From Octopus sinensis (lineage: Eukaryota), in the NCBI RefSeq assembly GCF_006345805.1, contig NC_043003.1, forward strand, positions 70,060,001-70,124,000: a stretch of DNA of 64,000 bases, read 5' to 3'. The notes under the pieces were generated by a model, which was not told the DNA's origin, did not search any database, and saw only the letters and a list, made by a program, of their open reading frames with translations. The position numbers were made by a program, and so were the translations under genes. Shown in pieces: positions 63,430 to 64,000 of the stretch (within the stretch, counting starts at the first letter, position 1; each line of letters opens with the position of its first letter).

Positions 63430-64000
63430 TGTCTATAAATGGCTTACACAAATAAGTGGCATGAAAACAATTATGAAAGGCTGCTGAATGTGGAAATTAT
63501 GTGGGGAAGAGAAGATAGTTATACTGGTCCCAAAAGGGACCAGCTATTGTAGTGAACAATTATATGGTCAAAACAGCCATTGAAGATGTGAAGACAAGGA
63601 AAGCAGCAGGTCCATTATGTAAAGTCCCTGAATTGCGGAAGGTATTTGGTTAAGTAGGGCTCATTTGCATAATAAGTCAGGTAATACAGAGATGTGTCTT
63701 ATCAAATGATTGGCATAGCAGTATAATCATGATCTGCTACAAGGGCAAAGAAAATGGTTTGGTAGGAAGCAATTGCCGAAAAATCCGACAGATGGACAAC
63801 ATTATGAAAATAACAGGAAGTGAATTAACACCATTGATTAGGGAAACAATCAGTTTGTATGGGATAAAATTTGTATTTGTGTACCTGGCTGGAGTGCAGC
63901 TGTTACTCTCTTCATAGGAAGAAACTGCAAAATAAATTTTTAGCTGAATGTAAGCCTCTTTACTCAGTATTTGTTGATCTGGAGAAGGCTTTTGATAGGG
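63430..64000 (+). mobile_element. Degenerate RTE-clade LINE, N-terminal RT region, running off the window
   Basis: KTRKAAGP, W.SSIIMICYKGK and KPLYSVFVDLEKAFDR motifs. Confidence 0.8.

Overview
AT-rich, microsatellite- and repeat-laden animal genomic DNA. The repeat content strongly suggests an octopus (coleoid cephalopod); this is an inference. One gene is clear: the last nine coding exons of AP-2 complex subunit alpha (alpha-adaptin, + strand, 3179-20079, 389 aa of trunk end, hinge and ear). Its exons only join in register with orthologues if intron 13129-13902 is a U12-type AT-AC minor-spliceosome intron, and that intron has a perfect ATATCCTTT donor and a TTCCTTAAC branch site. The rest is mostly transposon-derived: RTE, CR1 and L1/Tx1 LINE pieces, several tRNA-derived SINE families, mariner, piggyBac- and Helentron-like elements, a 365-bp foldback, a 1.19-kb tandem duplication and a 4-kb TA-based tract. 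The most unusual signal is a two-copy palindromic element (23727-24719, 25973-26357). It joins a tRNA-like Pol III head to arms that each carry a decayed minimal type I hammerhead ribozyme, which suggests a Penelope-dependent, ribozyme-bearing SINE/retrozyme-like family. An unidentified minus-strand spliced gene (about 27-52 kb) and a CpG-retaining promoter-like zone (about 52-54 kb) are suggested but unproven. Most ORFs in the supplied track are microsatellite or repeat artefacts. Repeat boundaries are read by eye and approximate; no searches were run.
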